A stretch of 64,000 nt of DNA from Gaiellaceae bacterium (GCA_035652235.1 DASREE010000040.1:4917-68916); one strand, 5' to 3'. Shown: positions 33,114 through 44,125, numbered from the stretch's first letter. Notes: generated from the sequence alone by a model not told the origin. Program-made: numbers and translations.

Positions 33114-34554
33114 GGCCAGCCTCCTCCAGGGGATGCCGCCGGTACGGTCCCGGAACCTCGCCGCACAGGCGCGGCGTCGGGAACACCTTGCCGGGATTCG
33201 CGATCCCGTCGGGGTCGAACGCGCGGCGCAGCCGCTGCATGACGGCGAGGTCGTCCTCGCCGAACATGAGCGGCATCGCGCACGCCTTGTCCGTGCCGAC
33301 GCCGTGCTCGCCGGTGAGGGAGCCGCCGGCGTCGACGCAGGCGACGAGGATCGCCTCGGCCAGCTCCCGCGCGCGCGCCGGCTCCCCGGGCACGCGCTCG
33401 TCGTAGAGGACGAGCGGATGCAGGTTGCCGTCGCCCGCATGGAAGACGTTGCCGACGCGGAGGCCGTGCTCGCGCTCGAGCTCGGCGATGCGGCGCAGCA
33501 CCTCGGGGAGGCGCGTCCGCGGCACGACGCCGTCCTGGACGTAGTAGCTGTGACTGACCCGACCCATCGCCGCGAACGCCGACTTGCGGCCCTTCCACAG
33601 CAGCGCGCGCTCGGCGGCGTCCGCAGCCGTCCTGATCTCGCGGGCACCGTGCTCGCGGCAGATGCGCTCGACCGCGGCCACATCCTCCTCCACCTGGGCG
33701 GCGACGCCGTCGAGCTCGACGATCAGGATCGCGCCCGCGCCCTGCGGGTAGCCGGCGTGCACAGCCTGCTCGGTCGCCTCGATCGTCAGCCGGTCCATCA
33801 TCTCGATCGCGGCCGGGAGGATGCCCGCGGCGACGATCCCGGAGACGGCACCGCCCGCCTCGTCCATGGAGTCGAACGAGGCGAGCTGGGTGACGACCGC
33901 CTCCGGCCGCCGCAGCAGCCGCAGCGTGATCTCGACGGCCACGCCCAGCGTCCCCTCCGAGCCGACGAACACGCCGAGCAGGTCCGGCCCCGGTGAGTCG
34001 GCGGCGACGCCGCCCAGGCGGCAGAGGCTCCCGTCCGGAAGCACGACGACGAGCCCTGTCACGTGGTTGGCGGTGAAGCCGTGCTTCAGACAGTGCGCGC
34101 CACCGGAGTTCTCGGCCACGTTGCCGCCGACGGTGCACACCTGCTGGCTGGACGGGTCAGGCGCGTAGTAGAGCTCGTCCGCGGCGACCGCCTCCGTCAC
34201 CTGCAGGTTCGTCACGCCGGGCTGCACGACGATGCGCCGCGCGTCCAGGTCGACGGAGAGAACGCGGTTCATCCGCGCGAGCGAGAGGACGACGCCGTCG
34301 GCGACGGGCAGGGCGCCGCCGGACAGGCCCGTGCCCGCGCCCCGGGCGACGAACGGGACGTGGCGGGCGGCGCACGCGCGCACGACCGCCTGCACCTGCT
34401 CCGTCGTCTCCGGCAGGCAGACGAGCGCCGGCAGCACGCGGCGCCCGGTGAGGCCGTCGCACTCGTACGTGCGCAGGTCCTCCGGCTCCGACAGCACCGC
34501 GTCCGCAGGCAGCGCGCGGCGGACCGCGTCGACGAAGGCTGGGTCGAGCGCCAT
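33097..34554 (-). CDS. glcD: glycolate oxidase subunit GlcD (FAD-linked oxidase)
   Basis: ORF 33097..34596. 'VARGAGTGLSGGALP', 'VVQPGVTNL', 'YAPDPSSQ', 'VFHAGDGNLHP', 'GSLTGEHGVG'. ATG 34554 preferred: TAGAGT (34562-34567, minus strand) lies 7 nt upstream, suggesting a leaderless start. Confidence 0.88.
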   Translation of the reverse strand: MALDPAFVDAVRRALPADAVLSEPEDLRTYECDGLTGRRVLPALVCLPETTEQVQAVVRACAARHVPFVARGAGTGLSGGALPVADGVVLSLARMNRVLSVDLDARRIVVQPGVTNLQVTEAVAADELYYAPDPSSQQVCTVGGNVAENSGGAHCLKHGFTANHVTGLVVVLPDGSLCRLGGVAADSPGPDLLGVFVGSEGTLGVAVEITLRLLRRPEAVVTQLASFDSMDEAGGAVSGIVAAGILPAAIEMMDRLTIEATEQAVHAGYPQGAGAILIVELDGVAAQVEEDVAAVERICREHGAREIRTAADAAERALLWKGRKSAFAAMGRVSHSYYVQDGVVPRTRLPEVLRRIAELEREHGLRVGNVFHAGDGNLHPLVLYDERVPGEPARARELAEAILVACVDAGGSLTGEHGVGTDKACAMPLMFGEDDLAVMQRLRRAFDPDGIANPGKVFPTPRLCGEVPGPYRRHPLEEAGLAERL

Positions 34555-34681
34555 GCCGCTGACTCTAGAAGACGCCGCCGGGAGCCGGTCGGACACCTGC
34601 GCGAGCGGCTGGAGAGCGCTGCCGGCGCGCCGCGCCCCCCCGCGCCCCGACGCCGAGCCTGGCGGCGGCGGGACGCGGCGG

Positions 34682-35710
34682 CTACTCGTCCGGCAGCGCC
34701 CGACGCAGAAAGCGCACGAGGTTGCCGTGCAGGAGCGCCGAGACGACGGCCTCGTCGAGACCGCGGCGGGCGAGCGCGGCGGCGAGCGCCGGGTAGTCCT
34801 CGGGGCCGGCGAAGCCCGTCACCGGCGCTCCCGGCTCGAGCCCGGGCGGAAGCGTGGCCAGCTCCCGCGGCGTCGGGGTGACGGCGCCGGTGCGCACGAG
34901 ACGGCTCATGAAGTCCGCGCCGAAGCAGACGTGCTCCGCTCCTGCCACCGCGACCGCGTGCTCGACGTGGTCGAGGAGTCGCTCCAGGTCGGGCTGCTCC
35001 GGATCGACAGCGGACGGAAGCGCCATCACGCCGACCAGCCCGTCCCGCTCGGCGAGCGCGACGAGCTGGTCGTCCGAGACGTTCCGCGGCGAGTCGCAGA
35101 CGGTCCGGCAGCAGGCGTGGCTGACGAGCACCGGCGATCGAGGGTCGAGTCGGGCGAGCGCATCCTCGAACGTCTGCTCGGATGCGTGCGCGAGGTCGAC
35201 GATCGCGCCGAGGCTGCACAGGCGGTCGACGAGCTGCTCGCCGAGCCGCGACAGCCCGCCGGCGCGGGGCTCTCCCGACCCATCCGCGAACGCGTTCCGC
35301 CGCGACCAGGTGAGACCGACCATGCGCACGCCGAGAGCCCAGAACACGTCGATCAGCTCCGGGCTCGAGCCGAGCGCCTCCGTCCCTTCGAGCGCGAGCA
35401 CGAGGCCGATCCTGCCTTCGCCGCCGGCCCGGTCGAGGTCGGACTGCGTCTCGACCCGTACGGCCCGGTCGGCGCTCAGCCGGGCGGCCTCGCGGAAGGC
35501 GGCAACGAGGGTCAGCGCCCGCCGGAGCGCGCCGTCGGGGACGCGATCGCCCTCGACGTAGACGGGGCACACCTGGAGTCGCACGCCGCCCGCCTCGAGC
35601 AGCGGCAGCCAGTGCTCGCGGAAGGGATCGGACTCGCCGCGCTCGCGCCGCCAGACGACCTCGAGCAGGAGGTCGACGTGCGCGTCGGCAATCGGATGCG
35701 ACCCCGGCAC
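34682..35710 (-). CDS. membrane dipeptidase (peptidase family M19)
   Basis: 'IADAHVDLL', 'LALEGTEALG', 'GVRMVGLTWSRRNAFADG', 'IVDLAHAS', 'PVLVSHACC', 'HVCFGADF'. Confidence 0.82.
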   Translation of the reverse strand: MPGSHPIADAHVDLLLEVVWRRERGESDPFREHWLPLLEAGGVRLQVCPVYVEGDRVPDGALRRALTLVAAFREAARLSADRAVRVETQSDLDRAGGEGRIGLVLALEGTEALGSSPELIDVFWALGVRMVGLTWSRRNAFADGSGEPRAGGLSRLGEQLVDRLCSLGAIVDLAHASEQTFEDALARLDPRSPVLVSHACCRTVCDSPRNVSDDQLVALAERDGLVGVMALPSAVDPEQPDLERLLDHVEHAVAVAGAEHVCFGADFMSRLVRTGAVTPTPRELATLPPGLEPGAPVTGFAGPEDYPALAAALARRGLDEAVVSALLHGNLVRFLRRALPDE

Positions 35711-35884
35711 GTCCGCGATGCTCGCACATGCCTCGGCCGGTCGCCGCGCGGCTCGGGCGCCGCCGACGCGCGCGCCGCCCGTGACCGCATGTCGCTCCCC
35801 GCGTTGCGCGGCCGGCGCGAGGCGTCACGCTCCCGGTACGAAGAGGTGCCACACGTGCGCACGCTCTGTCAGTAGGCTCGCGCC

Positions 35885-37357
35885 ATGGGTCGGGGAGGTG
35901 GGGTCTCCCGGGATACACGCGCCAACAGGGAGATGCGAGGGCAGGGCCGGACGAGACAGGAGCTTCTGGCCGCAGCGCTCGGCACCGCGATCGCCACGAG
36001 ACCGGCGCGCACGGCGCGCGCTGCCGGACGGGCCCGCGGCTCGGTCGTCGTCGTCGGCGGCGGCCTCGCCGGCCTCGCCTGCGCGCTCGACCTCCAGGCG
36101 GCGGGCTGGCGCGTGACCGTGCTCGAGGCGCGCAACCGGCCCGGCGGGCGCGTCTACACGGTGCGCAGGCCGTTCGGCGCGCGCCAGCACGCCGAGGGCG
36201 GCGGCGAGTTCATCGCCAGCACGCACCGTCTGATGCACGACTACGTGCGCCGCGCCGGGCTCGAGCTCGAAGACACCCGGGATGCGCCCGACTTCCGTCT
36301 CGACGGCGTCGTCTACCTCGGCGGGGCGCGCCGCCGCAGCTCCGCCGTCTTTGCCGACGGCACCGGGCGGGAGATCGACCGCTTCCGCCGGCGCGTCGAC
36401 GCCCTCGCGCGGGGCGTCGACCCGTTCGACCCACCCGCGGCCGGATCGGCGCTCGACATCCGGTCGGCCGCGTACCTGCTCGACCGACTCGCGCTACCCC
36501 GCCGAGCCCGCTTTCTCGTCGAACAGGACCTGCGCAGCCGCTTCTCGGTCGAGCCGCACAACATCTCGCTCCTCTTCCTCTGCCAGCACGCCCGCCGCGA
36601 CGCGCACCTGACGGCGTCCGGCGCCCGGGCCTACCGCATCCGGGGCGGGAACGACCAGCTCGTGCGGGCGCTCGCCGACCGGGTCGAGGACCTCCGGCTC
36701 GAGGCCACGGTGCAGCGGATCGAGCTGTACGCGCGCCGCGTCAGCGCGTTCACGCAGCACTCCCGTGTGGACGCCGACTTCTGCGTGCTCGCAGCGCCGC
36801 TCCCGGCCGTCCGCAGCACGATCGAGTTCCATCCGGGGCTGCCGGCCGTGCTCGAGCAGGCGATCGCGACGCTCCGCTACGGCAACGCCGCGAAGACGAT
36901 GGTCCAGTACGAGCGGCGCTTCTGGCGCCGGCTCGGGCGGAGCGGCAGCATCGTCACCGACCTGACCTTCCAGACCGCCTGGGAGGCGACCGCAAGCCAG
37001 TCGGGAAGGCCGGGAATCCTGCTCACCTACACGACCGGCGGCGACGCCGTCCTGCTCGGGGCACGGCCGGACGCGGTGCGGATCCTCCTCGCTGCCGACG
37101 AGATCGACGATGTCTACCCGAGCACGCGCGCGCTCGTCGACCGGGGCTCGAGCATCGCGTGGCAGAACGAGGTGCCGAGCGGCGGGTCCTACGTCGCGTA
37201 CGGCCCGGGTCAGGTGACGCGCTTCTGGCGCGCGCTGCGCCGACCGGCCGGACGGCTGTACCTGGCGGGCGAGCACACCGACGCGTACTGCGGGACGATG
37301 GAAGGGGCCGTCCGTTCCGGCCGCCGGGTCGCCACCGCCATCGCCGGGCGCGGGTGA
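35885..37357 (+). CDS. flavin-containing amine oxidase (monoamine / L-amino-acid oxidase family), possibly exported
   Basis: 'VVVVGGGLAGLACALDLQAAGWRVTVLEARNRPGGRV', 'LYLAGEHTDAYCGTMEGAVRSGRRVA'. The N-terminus 'RTRQELLAAALGTAIA' is Tat-signal-like but lacks a strict RR. TAGGCT sits 6 nt upstream of ATG 35885. Confidence 0.82.
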   Translation: MGRGGGVSRDTRANREMRGQGRTRQELLAAALGTAIATRPARTARAAGRARGSVVVVGGGLAGLACALDLQAAGWRVTVLEARNRPGGRVYTVRRPFGARQHAEGGGEFIASTHRLMHDYVRRAGLELEDTRDAPDFRLDGVVYLGGARRRSSAVFADGTGREIDRFRRRVDALARGVDPFDPPAAGSALDIRSAAYLLDRLALPRRARFLVEQDLRSRFSVEPHNISLLFLCQHARRDAHLTASGARAYRIRGGNDQLVRALADRVEDLRLEATVQRIELYARRVSAFTQHSRVDADFCVLAAPLPAVRSTIEFHPGLPAVLEQAIATLRYGNAAKTMVQYERRFWRRLGRSGSIVTDLTFQTAWEATASQSGRPGILLTYTTGGDAVLLGARPDAVRILLAADEIDDVYPSTRALVDRGSSIAWQNEVPSGGSYVAYGPGQVTRFWRALRRPAGRLYLAGEHTDAYCGTMEGAVRSGRRVATAIAGRG

Positions 37358-37367
37358 CGAGCCGCCG

Positions 37368-37748
37368 GTGAGCGCCCACCCGAGGCCTCGGCCGCTCGCG
37401 CTCGTGGACGCGCGCAACGTGCTGCGCTCGACCTGGCCGAACATCGCGCAGGCCGAGCTCGTCGAGCTCTGCCGCCGTTGGGCCGCCGAGGAGGGCTGCG
37501 ACGCGCTCGTCGTCTTCGACGGGGAGGCCCCCTCAGCGCCGGCGGACGGCCGGGTCGAGGTGGTCGGCACCGGCCCCGCGAGCGCCGACGACCGGATCGC
37601 CTGCCAGGCCGCTCGCCTCCGGTCGGAGGGGCGCCCGTTCTGGCTCGTGACCTCGGACCGGGAGCTGCGGCGCCGGGCGGGCGGCGGAGCTGAGCAGACG
37701 ATCGGCGGCGGAACGCTTGCCCGCCGGCTGCTCGCGCTCCGCTCCTAG
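37368..37748 (+). CDS. NYN/PIN-like domain protein (YacP-like)
   Basis: 'LALVDARNVLRS', 'ALVVFDG', 'SADDRI', 'WLVTSDRELRRRA': four acidic positions in the order typical of YacP-like NYN domains. Confidence 0.6.
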   Translation: MSAHPRPRPLALVDARNVLRSTWPNIAQAELVELCRRWAAEEGCDALVVFDGEAPSAPADGRVEVVGTGPASADDRIACQAARLRSEGRPFWLVTSDRELRRRAGGGAEQTIGGGTLARRLLALRS

Positions 37749-38016
37749 CGGCCGCGAGTGCCGGTACACCTTCGTCCGCCGAGGCCTCGTCCGCGCCCGC
37801 CGTCGCCGGCGCCGTGGCGGGGGCCACCACTCCTCCACCCCGCTCTCGATGCTACCGGCGAAGTCCGCGCGGGTGTGCGACCGGCCTGTGCCGGTTGCGT
37901 GTCGGGCGACCGCACGTCGGGCGCCGCTGACGGATGCCGGCCAACGGCCCGCCCCCCTCGGGGCCCGTACCTCTCCGCGGGGCCCGGTCGCCAAGCAACC
38001 GCCTACCATTCGCACC

Positions 38017-38517
38017 GTGGACACGTTCCTCGCCATCGCCAGCAAGCGCGATACGCGCCGCTACACTCGGGAGCCGCTTCCGCCGCAGACGGAGCGGAAG
38101 ATCCTCGAGGCCGGGCGAGTCGCCGGAAGCGCGCGCAACCGCCAGCCGTGGCGGTTCCTCGTCGTCGACGACCGCGCTCGCCGGGAGCGGCTCGCCCAGG
38201 CCGTCTTCGTCCCGGACAACGTCCGCGGCGCCGCCTTCGTCGTCGCTCTGCAGGCGAGGTCGTCGCTCGACGCGGGCCGCTGTGCTGAGAACATGATGCT
38301 CGCCGCCTGGAACGAGGGCGTGGCGTCGTGCCCGAACGGCTTCGCCGACCCGGCTGCGGCCCGGGCGGCGCTCGGGCTCGGGCCGGACGACGAGCTGGCG
38401 ACCGTGCTCACGTTCGGGTTCCCCGCCCGCGTCCGCGCTCCTGAGACGCGGACGCCCGACGAGTGGCTCGAGCGGGCGGACCGCCGCCCCCTCGAGGAGC
38501 TCGTCCGGCGACTCTGA
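38017..38517 (+). CDS. nitroreductase family protein
   Basis: 3' 166 codons of ORF 37717..38517. 'KRDTRRYTREPLPPQTERKILEAGRVAGSARNRQPWRFLVV'. TACCAT sits 7 nt upstream of GTG 38017. Confidence 0.8.
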   Translation: MDTFLAIASKRDTRRYTREPLPPQTERKILEAGRVAGSARNRQPWRFLVVDDRARRERLAQAVFVPDNVRGAAFVVALQARSSLDAGRCAENMMLAAWNEGVASCPNGFADPAAARAALGLGPDDELATVLTFGFPARVRAPETRTPDEWLERADRRPLEELVRRL

Positions 38518-38543
38518 GCGTTGCCGCCGGCGCGACGCTGTCG

Positions 38544-39515
38544 CTACTCGATGGTGAGCACGACCTTGCCGACGTGGTCGCCGATCAGACGCTCGTAGGC
38601 GGCCTCTGCCTCGGCGAGCGGGCGCACGCTGTCGATCACCGGCGACCACGAGCCCGCCTGCACCAGCTCGAGGAACTCGCCGAACTGTCGCGGCGAGGCG
38701 CCGGTCGTGCCGAGCACGGACAGGTAGTTCAGGTACAGGTGGCGCACGTCGAGCTCGACCTTCGGACCGCCCGTCCCACCGAAGGCGACAAGCCGCCCGC
38801 CCCGTCGCAGCGTGCGCAGCGAGTCGGCCCAGGTCGAGCCGACCGAATCGAGCACGAGGTCGACGCCGTCCGGCGCCAGCTCGCGGATCGCCGCCACCCA
38901 GTCGCCCTCGGTGTACAGGGCACCGCCTTCTGCCCCGAGCGAGCGCGAGCGCTCGATCTTCTCCGAGCTCGACGAGGTGACGAGCACGCGGGCGCCCGCC
39001 TGCGCCGCGAGCGCGACGGCGAAGGTGGAGACGCCGCTCCCCGCCCCCAGGACGAGCACGGTCTCGCCCGCCTGGAGGCGGCCGACGGCGTGCAGCGCGC
39101 GGTAGGCGGTCATCCCGGCGACGGGCAGCGCCGCCGCCTGCTCCCAAGAGAGCCGGGCCGGCTTCGGGAACACGTTCTCCGCCGGCACGACGACGAGCTG
39201 CGCGAACGTCCCGTCGTGGGGGCCACCGAGGAAGCTCGCCCCGGGCGCGGGCACGTCGTCGCGCTCGCCCCAGCCGACGGTCGGGTAGAGGACGACCTCC
39301 TCGCCGGTGTCGCGGCGGACACCCGCGCCGTCGTGGCCGGCGACGAACGGCTTCGGGAAGTCGTACGCGGGGCCCGGCGGGTTGCGCACGAGCAGATCGC
39401 GCCGGTTGAGCGCCGCCGCCCGGAGCTCGACCAGCACCTGGCCCGGCCCGGCGACCGGGTCGGGCGCCTGCTCGAAGCGGAGCTCCCCGCCGGCATGGAT
39501 GCGCACCGCCTGCAT
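38544..39515 (-). CDS. zinc-type alcohol dehydrogenase / quinone oxidoreductase (MDR superfamily)
   Basis: 'GQVLVELRAAALNRRDL', 'AAALPVAGMTAYRAL', 'VLVLGAGSGVSTFAVALA'. Confidence 0.85.
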   Translation of the reverse strand: MQAVRIHAGGELRFEQAPDPVAGPGQVLVELRAAALNRRDLLVRNPPGPAYDFPKPFVAGHDGAGVRRDTGEEVVLYPTVGWGERDDVPAPGASFLGGPHDGTFAQLVVVPAENVFPKPARLSWEQAAALPVAGMTAYRALHAVGRLQAGETVLVLGAGSGVSTFAVALAAQAGARVLVTSSSSEKIERSRSLGAEGGALYTEGDWVAAIRELAPDGVDLVLDSVGSTWADSLRTLRRGGRLVAFGGTGGPKVELDVRHLYLNYLSVLGTTGASPRQFGEFLELVQAGSWSPVIDSVRPLAEAEAAYERLIGDHVGKVVLTIE

Positions 39516-39527
39516 CGCCGCGCCAGC

Positions 39528-40352
39528 CTATCCGACCGGGATCGCCTTGAAGCGGCGCATGTTCTCCGTCATCGCCACCTCGCTGGGCAGGCGCTCCATC
39601 GAAGAGGCGCCGAAGAAGCCGACCACGCCCGAGGTGCGCTCGAGCACGTAGGCGGCGTCCTCGGGCTCGGCGATCGGCCCGCCGTGGCAGAGCACGAGGA
39701 TGTCCGGGGCGACCGCCTTCGCCGCGTCGTGCATCGCCTGCACGAGCTCGACGGCCTCGTCGAGCGTCTTCGCCGTCTGCGCGCCGATCGTCCCCTTCGT
39801 CGTCAAGCCCATGTGCGGGACGAGCACGTCCGCGCCCGCCTCGGCCATCGTGCGCGCCTCCTCGACCGTGAACACGTACGGACAGGTGAGCAGCTCGAGC
39901 TCGCGCGCCTGGCGGATCATCTCCACCTCGAGCGCGTAGCCCATGCCCGTCTCCTCCAGGTTCCGGCGGAAGACGCCGTCGAACAGGCCGACGGTGGGGA
40001 AGTTCTGCACGCCGGAGAAGCCGATCCGCTTGAGCTCCTCCAGGAAGACGGGCATCAGCCGGAAGGGGTCGGTGCCGCACACGCCGGCGAGCACCGGCGT
40101 CTCCCGCACGATCGGCAGCACCTCGCGGGCCATGTCGACGACGATCGCGTTCGCGTCGCCGTAGGGCAGCAGGCCGGCGAGCGAGCCGCGCCCCGCCATC
40201 CGGTAGCGGCCCGAGTTGTAGATGATGATCAGGTCGCCGCCGCCCGCCTCGGCGCACTTCGCCGACAGGCCCGTGCCGGCGCCCGCGCCGATGATCGGCT
40301 TCCCCTGGGCCACCTGCGCGCGCAGCCGCGCGAGCGCCTCCTCTCTCGTCAT
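39528..40352 (-). CDS. phosphoenolpyruvate hydrolase-like TIM-barrel protein (equivalent to the Tm-1 C-terminal domain)
   Basis: 3' 274 codons of ORF 39528..43136 from ATG 40352 (ATGA overlap with the upstream gene). '[37 protein letters not shown]', '[13 protein letters not shown]', '[11 protein letters not shown]', 'VLCHGGP'. Confidence 0.8.
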   Translation of the reverse strand: MTREEALARLRAQVAQGKPIIGAGAGTGLSAKCAEAGGGDLIIIYNSGRYRMAGRGSLAGLLPYGDANAIVVDMAREVLPIVRETPVLAGVCGTDPFRLMPVFLEELKRIGFSGVQNFPTVGLFDGVFRRNLEETGMGYALEVEMIRQARELELLTCPYVFTVEEARTMAEAGADVLVPHMGLTTKGTIGAQTAKTLDEAVELVQAMHDAAKAVAPDILVLCHGGPIAEPEDAAYVLERTSGVVGFFGASSMERLPSEVAMTENMRRFKAIPVG

Positions 40353-41560
40353 CTCGCCTCCTGCACGAGCTCGTGCAGGCGGTTCGCCATCGCCAGCGCG
40401 AACTCGGGGTCGTTGACGTCCGTGTCCAACTCGTGCACCTCGACGTTCGGCCCGAGCGTCTCGCGCAGCCCTTCGAACAGCGCCGCGTCGGCGTCCGGGT
40501 CGTAGAACGGCTGGCCCGCGGTGGCGATCATCGACACGCCGCGGAGCGGGACGAACAGCGCCGTCGGCCCCTTCGCGGCGGACAGCTTGCGCCCGATGCG
40601 CCGGCCGAGCTCGCGGCACTCGTCCGGCGTCGTCCGCATGAGCGTGATCGTCGGGTTGTGCACGTACAGCCTGCGCCCGCGGAAGCGCTCGGGCACGGTC
40701 TCCTTCGGCCCGAAGTTGACCATGTCGAGCGCGCCGAGCGAGACCACCTGTGGCAGCCCGAGCTCCCCGGCCGCCTCGAGCCGGCCGGGGTACGCGGGCA
40801 GCACGCCCCCGACGAGCTCGTCGCACAGCTCGGTGGTCGTCACGTCGAGCGAGGCGGTGACGTAGCCACCGCGCATCAGCTCCTCCATCGACTGGCCGCC
40901 GGTGCCGGTCTGGTGGAAGACGAGCACCTCGTAGCCGAGCTCCTCGAGCCGCTCCCGGGCCCGTGTCACGCACGGCGTCGTCACGCCGAACATCGAGGCG
41001 GTGACGAGCGGCTTCGCGTCCGGCAGCGGCGGCAGCGGCGCCGTGGCCATGCCGGCGATGGCGCCGGCCGCGTTCGCGAGGATGCGCGCCGAGATCTGGT
41101 TGATGCCGGCGATGTCGACGACGGAGTAGGTCATCGTCACGTCCGAGGCGCCCACGTACGGGCGCGTGTCCCCGGAGGCGACCGTGGACACGATCAGCTT
41201 GGGCACGCCGACCGGGAGCGCGCGGGCCGCGATGCCGGCGATCGACGAGTTGCCGGAGCCGCCGACGGCGGCGAGGCCGTCCAGCCGTCCCTGCGCGTGC
41301 AGCCGCCTCACCACCTCCGCCGCGCCCCGCGCCATCGCCTCGACGGCCGCCCCGCGGTCGCCGGCGGAGGCGAGCTCGCGAACGTCGGCGCCGGCCGCCG
41401 CGGCCACCTCCTGGCGCGGCACGTCCGGCTCGACCTGCGGCTCGAACACGCCCGCGTCGACGAGGAGGCAGTCGACGCCCCGCTCGCGGACCTGGTCGCG
41501 CAAAAACGCGTACTCGCGGCCCTTGGTGTCGAGGGTTCCGACGAGGACGACGGTCGCCAC
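40349..41560 (-). CDS. UPF0261 family protein (Tm-1 N-terminal-like, putative nucleotide-binding)
   Basis: ORF 403 aa. '[21 protein letters not shown]', '[34 protein letters not shown]', '[15 protein letters not shown]'. Confidence 0.8.
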   Translation of the reverse strand: MATVVLVGTLDTKGREYAFLRDQVRERGVDCLLVDAGVFEPQVEPDVPRQEVAAAAGADVRELASAGDRGAAVEAMARGAAEVVRRLHAQGRLDGLAAVGGSGNSSIAGIAARALPVGVPKLIVSTVASGDTRPYVGASDVTMTYSVVDIAGINQISARILANAAGAIAGMATAPLPPLPDAKPLVTASMFGVTTPCVTRARERLEELGYEVLVFHQTGTGGQSMEELMRGGYVTASLDVTTTELCDELVGGVLPAYPGRLEAAGELGLPQVVSLGALDMVNFGPKETVPERFRGRRLYVHNPTITLMRTTPDECRELGRRIGRKLSAAKGPTALFVPLRGVSMIATAGQPFYDPDADAALFEGLRETLGPNVEVHELDTDVNDPEFALAMANRLHELVQEAR

Positions 41561-41569
41561 CGCGCGATC

Positions 41570-42544
41570 CTACTTCGTCGCCGCGGCGGGCAGGCGCGGG
41601 TTCCAGGCCGGGCTCGAGTCGTTGTCCTTCGGGTCGGTGAGGACGCGCTCGTCGCTCCCGTCCGCCGCGACGGTGACGATCGAGCCGTCGCGGACGAACG
41701 CGATCCGTCTGCCGTCCGGCGACCACGCGGGCTCGAACTCGTCGTCGTTCGATCGCGTCAGCCGGCGTGCCTTCCTCGTCCCGACGCGGACGACGTAGAT
41801 GCTGTAGCGCAGCTCGCCAACGGCGCTCGAGAAGGCGATCTCCCTGCTGTCGGGCGACCACGCCGGCCAGGTGGTCGCCGCGTTCAGGCTGGTGAGCGCG
41901 TGCGCGTCGGCGCCGTCCGGGTGGACGAGCCAGATCTCCGTGGACGTGGTCAGCGGCGTGTTCCGTGCGTACGCGATCCAGCGCCCGTCGGGTGACCAGG
42001 CAGGATCGTCCTGACGCGCCGTGTCGCCGGTCAGCCTGCGCACGTGGCTGCCGTCGGCGTTCATCACGAAGATCGCCCCGTGCCCACCGCGGACGAAGGC
42101 GATGCGCCGGCCGTCCGGAGACCAGGTGGGATGGGTGTCGTCGTCGCGCGTCGACGTCAACCGCCGAACGTGCTCGCCGGAGGCGTCCATGACGAAGATG
42201 TCGGAGCTTCCGTACCGGCTGCTCGCGAACGCGATCCTCCGCCCGTCGGGAGACCATGCGGGAGTCGTCTCGTACAGCAGCCTGCTCGGGCTGGAGGCGT
42301 CGCTCGGCCCTCCGCTCGTCAGGCGCCGCTGCCGGCTGCCGTCGGCGTTCATCTCGTAGATCGCGTTCACGCCGCTCCGGGTGGAGACGAACAGGAGGTC
42401 TGGCCGCGGCGCGCCCGAGCCCCCGCAGGCTGCGAGCACCGTCGGCGCGGCGAGGGCGGCGGCGGCGAGCGAGAGGAGCAGCCCCGTCCGGGCGACACGC
42501 CGCCGGGCCGGCAGCTCGCGGCGCCCCCCGGCCAGCCGGTTCAT
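41570..42544 (-). CDS. TolB-like PD40 beta-propeller lipoprotein
   Basis: Lipobox 'VLAACGG'. Six or more repeats of '[12 protein letters not shown]..' type. ATG abuts the livF-like stop (TAGATG). Confidence 0.82.
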   Translation of the reverse strand: MNRLAGGRRELPARRRVARTGLLLSLAAAALAAPTVLAACGGSGAPRPDLLFVSTRSGVNAIYEMNADGSRQRRLTSGGPSDASSPSRLLYETTPAWSPDGRRIAFASSRYGSSDIFVMDASGEHVRRLTSTRDDDTHPTWSPDGRRIAFVRGGHGAIFVMNADGSHVRRLTGDTARQDDPAWSPDGRWIAYARNTPLTTSTEIWLVHPDGADAHALTSLNAATTWPAWSPDSREIAFSSAVGELRYSIYVVRVGTRKARRLTRSNDDEFEPAWSPDGRRIAFVRDGSIVTVAADGSDERVLTDPKDNDSSPAWNPRLPAAATK

Positions 42545-43315
42545 CTACTGCGCCAGCGGCTCGACGCCGAGGTAGCGACGTTGCAGCTCCGGGTCGTCCG
42601 CGAGCGCCCGGGCGGTCGTCTCGGCCGCGATCTCGCCGCTGACCATGACCAGCTGGCGCTCGGCGAGCGAGGTGGCGACGCCGAGGTTCTGCTCGATGAG
42701 GAGGATGCGCAGCCCTTCCTGCTCCAGCCGGCGGAAAACCTCGATCAGGTTCTCGATGATCGCAGGGGCGAGCCCCTCGGACGGCTCGTCCATGACGAGG
42801 AGCTTCGGATCGACGAGGAGCGAGCGGCCGATGGCGAGCATCTGCTGCTCGCCGCCGGACAGCTGGGCGCCGCCGTGCCGCCGGCGCTCGGCGAGGCGCG
42901 GGAACAGGTCGTACACCCGCTCCGCCGTCCAGCCGTCCCCCCCTCGCCGCCCGATCATGCGCAGGTGCTCGTCCACGGTCAGCGACGGAAACAGGCGCCG
43001 CCCCTGGGGCACGTAGCCGATGCCGAGCGCGGCGATCTTGTACGGCGGCTTGCCGAGGAGCTCCTCGCCGAGGAAGCGGATCGAGCCGCGTGCCGTGCCC
43101 TTGAGCGAGGGCATGAGCCCCATGATCGACGCGCACAGGGTGGTCTTGCCCATGCCGTTGCGACCGACGACGGCGACCGACTCGGCGCCCATCGCGAAGC
43201 TGACGTTCTGGAGGATGTGCGCCGAGCCGTAGAAGGCGTCGAGCCCCTCGACGACGAGCATCTGCTCCGACCCGGCCGTCGGTGCGGTCGCGCTCGACGC
43301 GCCCGGGGCCGACAT
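42545..43315 (-). CDS. branched-chain-amino-acid-type ABC transporter ATP-binding protein (LivF-like)
   Basis: '[11 protein letters not shown]', '[16 protein letters not shown]', '[33 protein letters not shown]'. Confidence 0.88.
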   Translation of the reverse strand: MSAPGASSATAPTAGSEQMLVVEGLDAFYGSAHILQNVSFAMGAESVAVVGRNGMGKTTLCASIMGLMPSLKGTARGSIRFLGEELLGKPPYKIAALGIGYVPQGRRLFPSLTVDEHLRMIGRRGGDGWTAERVYDLFPRLAERRRHGGAQLSGGEQQMLAIGRSLLVDPKLLVMDEPSEGLAPAIIENLIEVFRRLEQEGLRILLIEQNLGVATSLAERQLVMVSGEIAAETTARALADDPELQRRYLGVEPLAQ

Positions 43316-44121
43316 CAGCTGCTCGTGGCGGCGCGGTGGCCGCTTCCGAGGTACAGGTCGTGGACGAGCTCGTTCGCCCTGATCTCCTCGGGCGTCCCCT
43401 CCACGATCACCCGCCCGTCGTGCATCATCGTCACCCGTTCTGCGACGCGCAGGGCGACGTCCATGTCGTGCTCGATCAGCAGCAGGGTGATGTTCCGATC
43501 GAGCGAGAGGAGCAGCTCCGTGAGCAGCACCCGCTCTCCTCGCGACAGGCCGGAGGCGGGCTCGTCGAGCATGAGCACGCGCGGGCTGGCCGCCAGCGCC
43601 ATCGCCAGGTCGAGCTGACGGTTCTCGCCGTGCGACAGCGAGGAGACGACGTCTGCCAGCTTGTGGTCGATGGCCGCCCTCGCCGCGGCGGCGCGGGCGC
43701 GCTCGCGCATCTCCCGGTCGCGCCTCGGCGAGACGTACATGCGCAGATGGCCGCCCTCGACGCCGAGGATCGACAGGTAGATGTTGTCCTCGACGGTCAA
43801 GCCGGCGAGCACGCGCGACTGCTGGTACGTGCGCGCGAGCCCCAGGCCGGCGCGCTTGCGGGCGGGCAGGAAGGTGACGTCGTGCCCGAACAGCTCGATC
43901 GTTCCGGAGCTCGGCGGGAAGTCGCCCGCGATCACGTTGAACAGCGTCGTCTTGCCGGCGCCGTTCGGCCCCAGGATCGCGCGCCGCTCACCCGGGACGA
44001 CCTCGAGGTCGACCTCCCGCAACGCGTGCAGGCCGCCGAAGCGCCGGCCGACCCTCCGCGTGCGGAGGGCCGGCACGGCGCTCGCGGCCGTCGGCGCTTC
44101 CTGTACTGCCGCCTCGGTCAA
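43315..44121 (-). CDS. branched-chain-amino-acid-type ABC transporter ATP-binding protein (LivG-like)
   Basis: '[18 protein letters not shown]', '[32 protein letters not shown]'. TTG start in the ORF track. Confidence 0.86.
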   Translation of the reverse strand: MTEAAVQEAPTAASAVPALRTRRVGRRFGGLHALREVDLEVVPGERRAILGPNGAGKTTLFNVIAGDFPPSSGTIELFGHDVTFLPARKRAGLGLARTYQQSRVLAGLTVEDNIYLSILGVEGGHLRMYVSPRRDREMRERARAAAARAAIDHKLADVVSSLSHGENRQLDLAMALAASPRVLMLDEPASGLSRGERVLLTELLLSLDRNITLLLIEHDMDVALRVAERVTMMHDGRVIVEGTPEEIRANELVHDLYLGSGHRAATSS

Positions 44122-44125
44122 GCCC

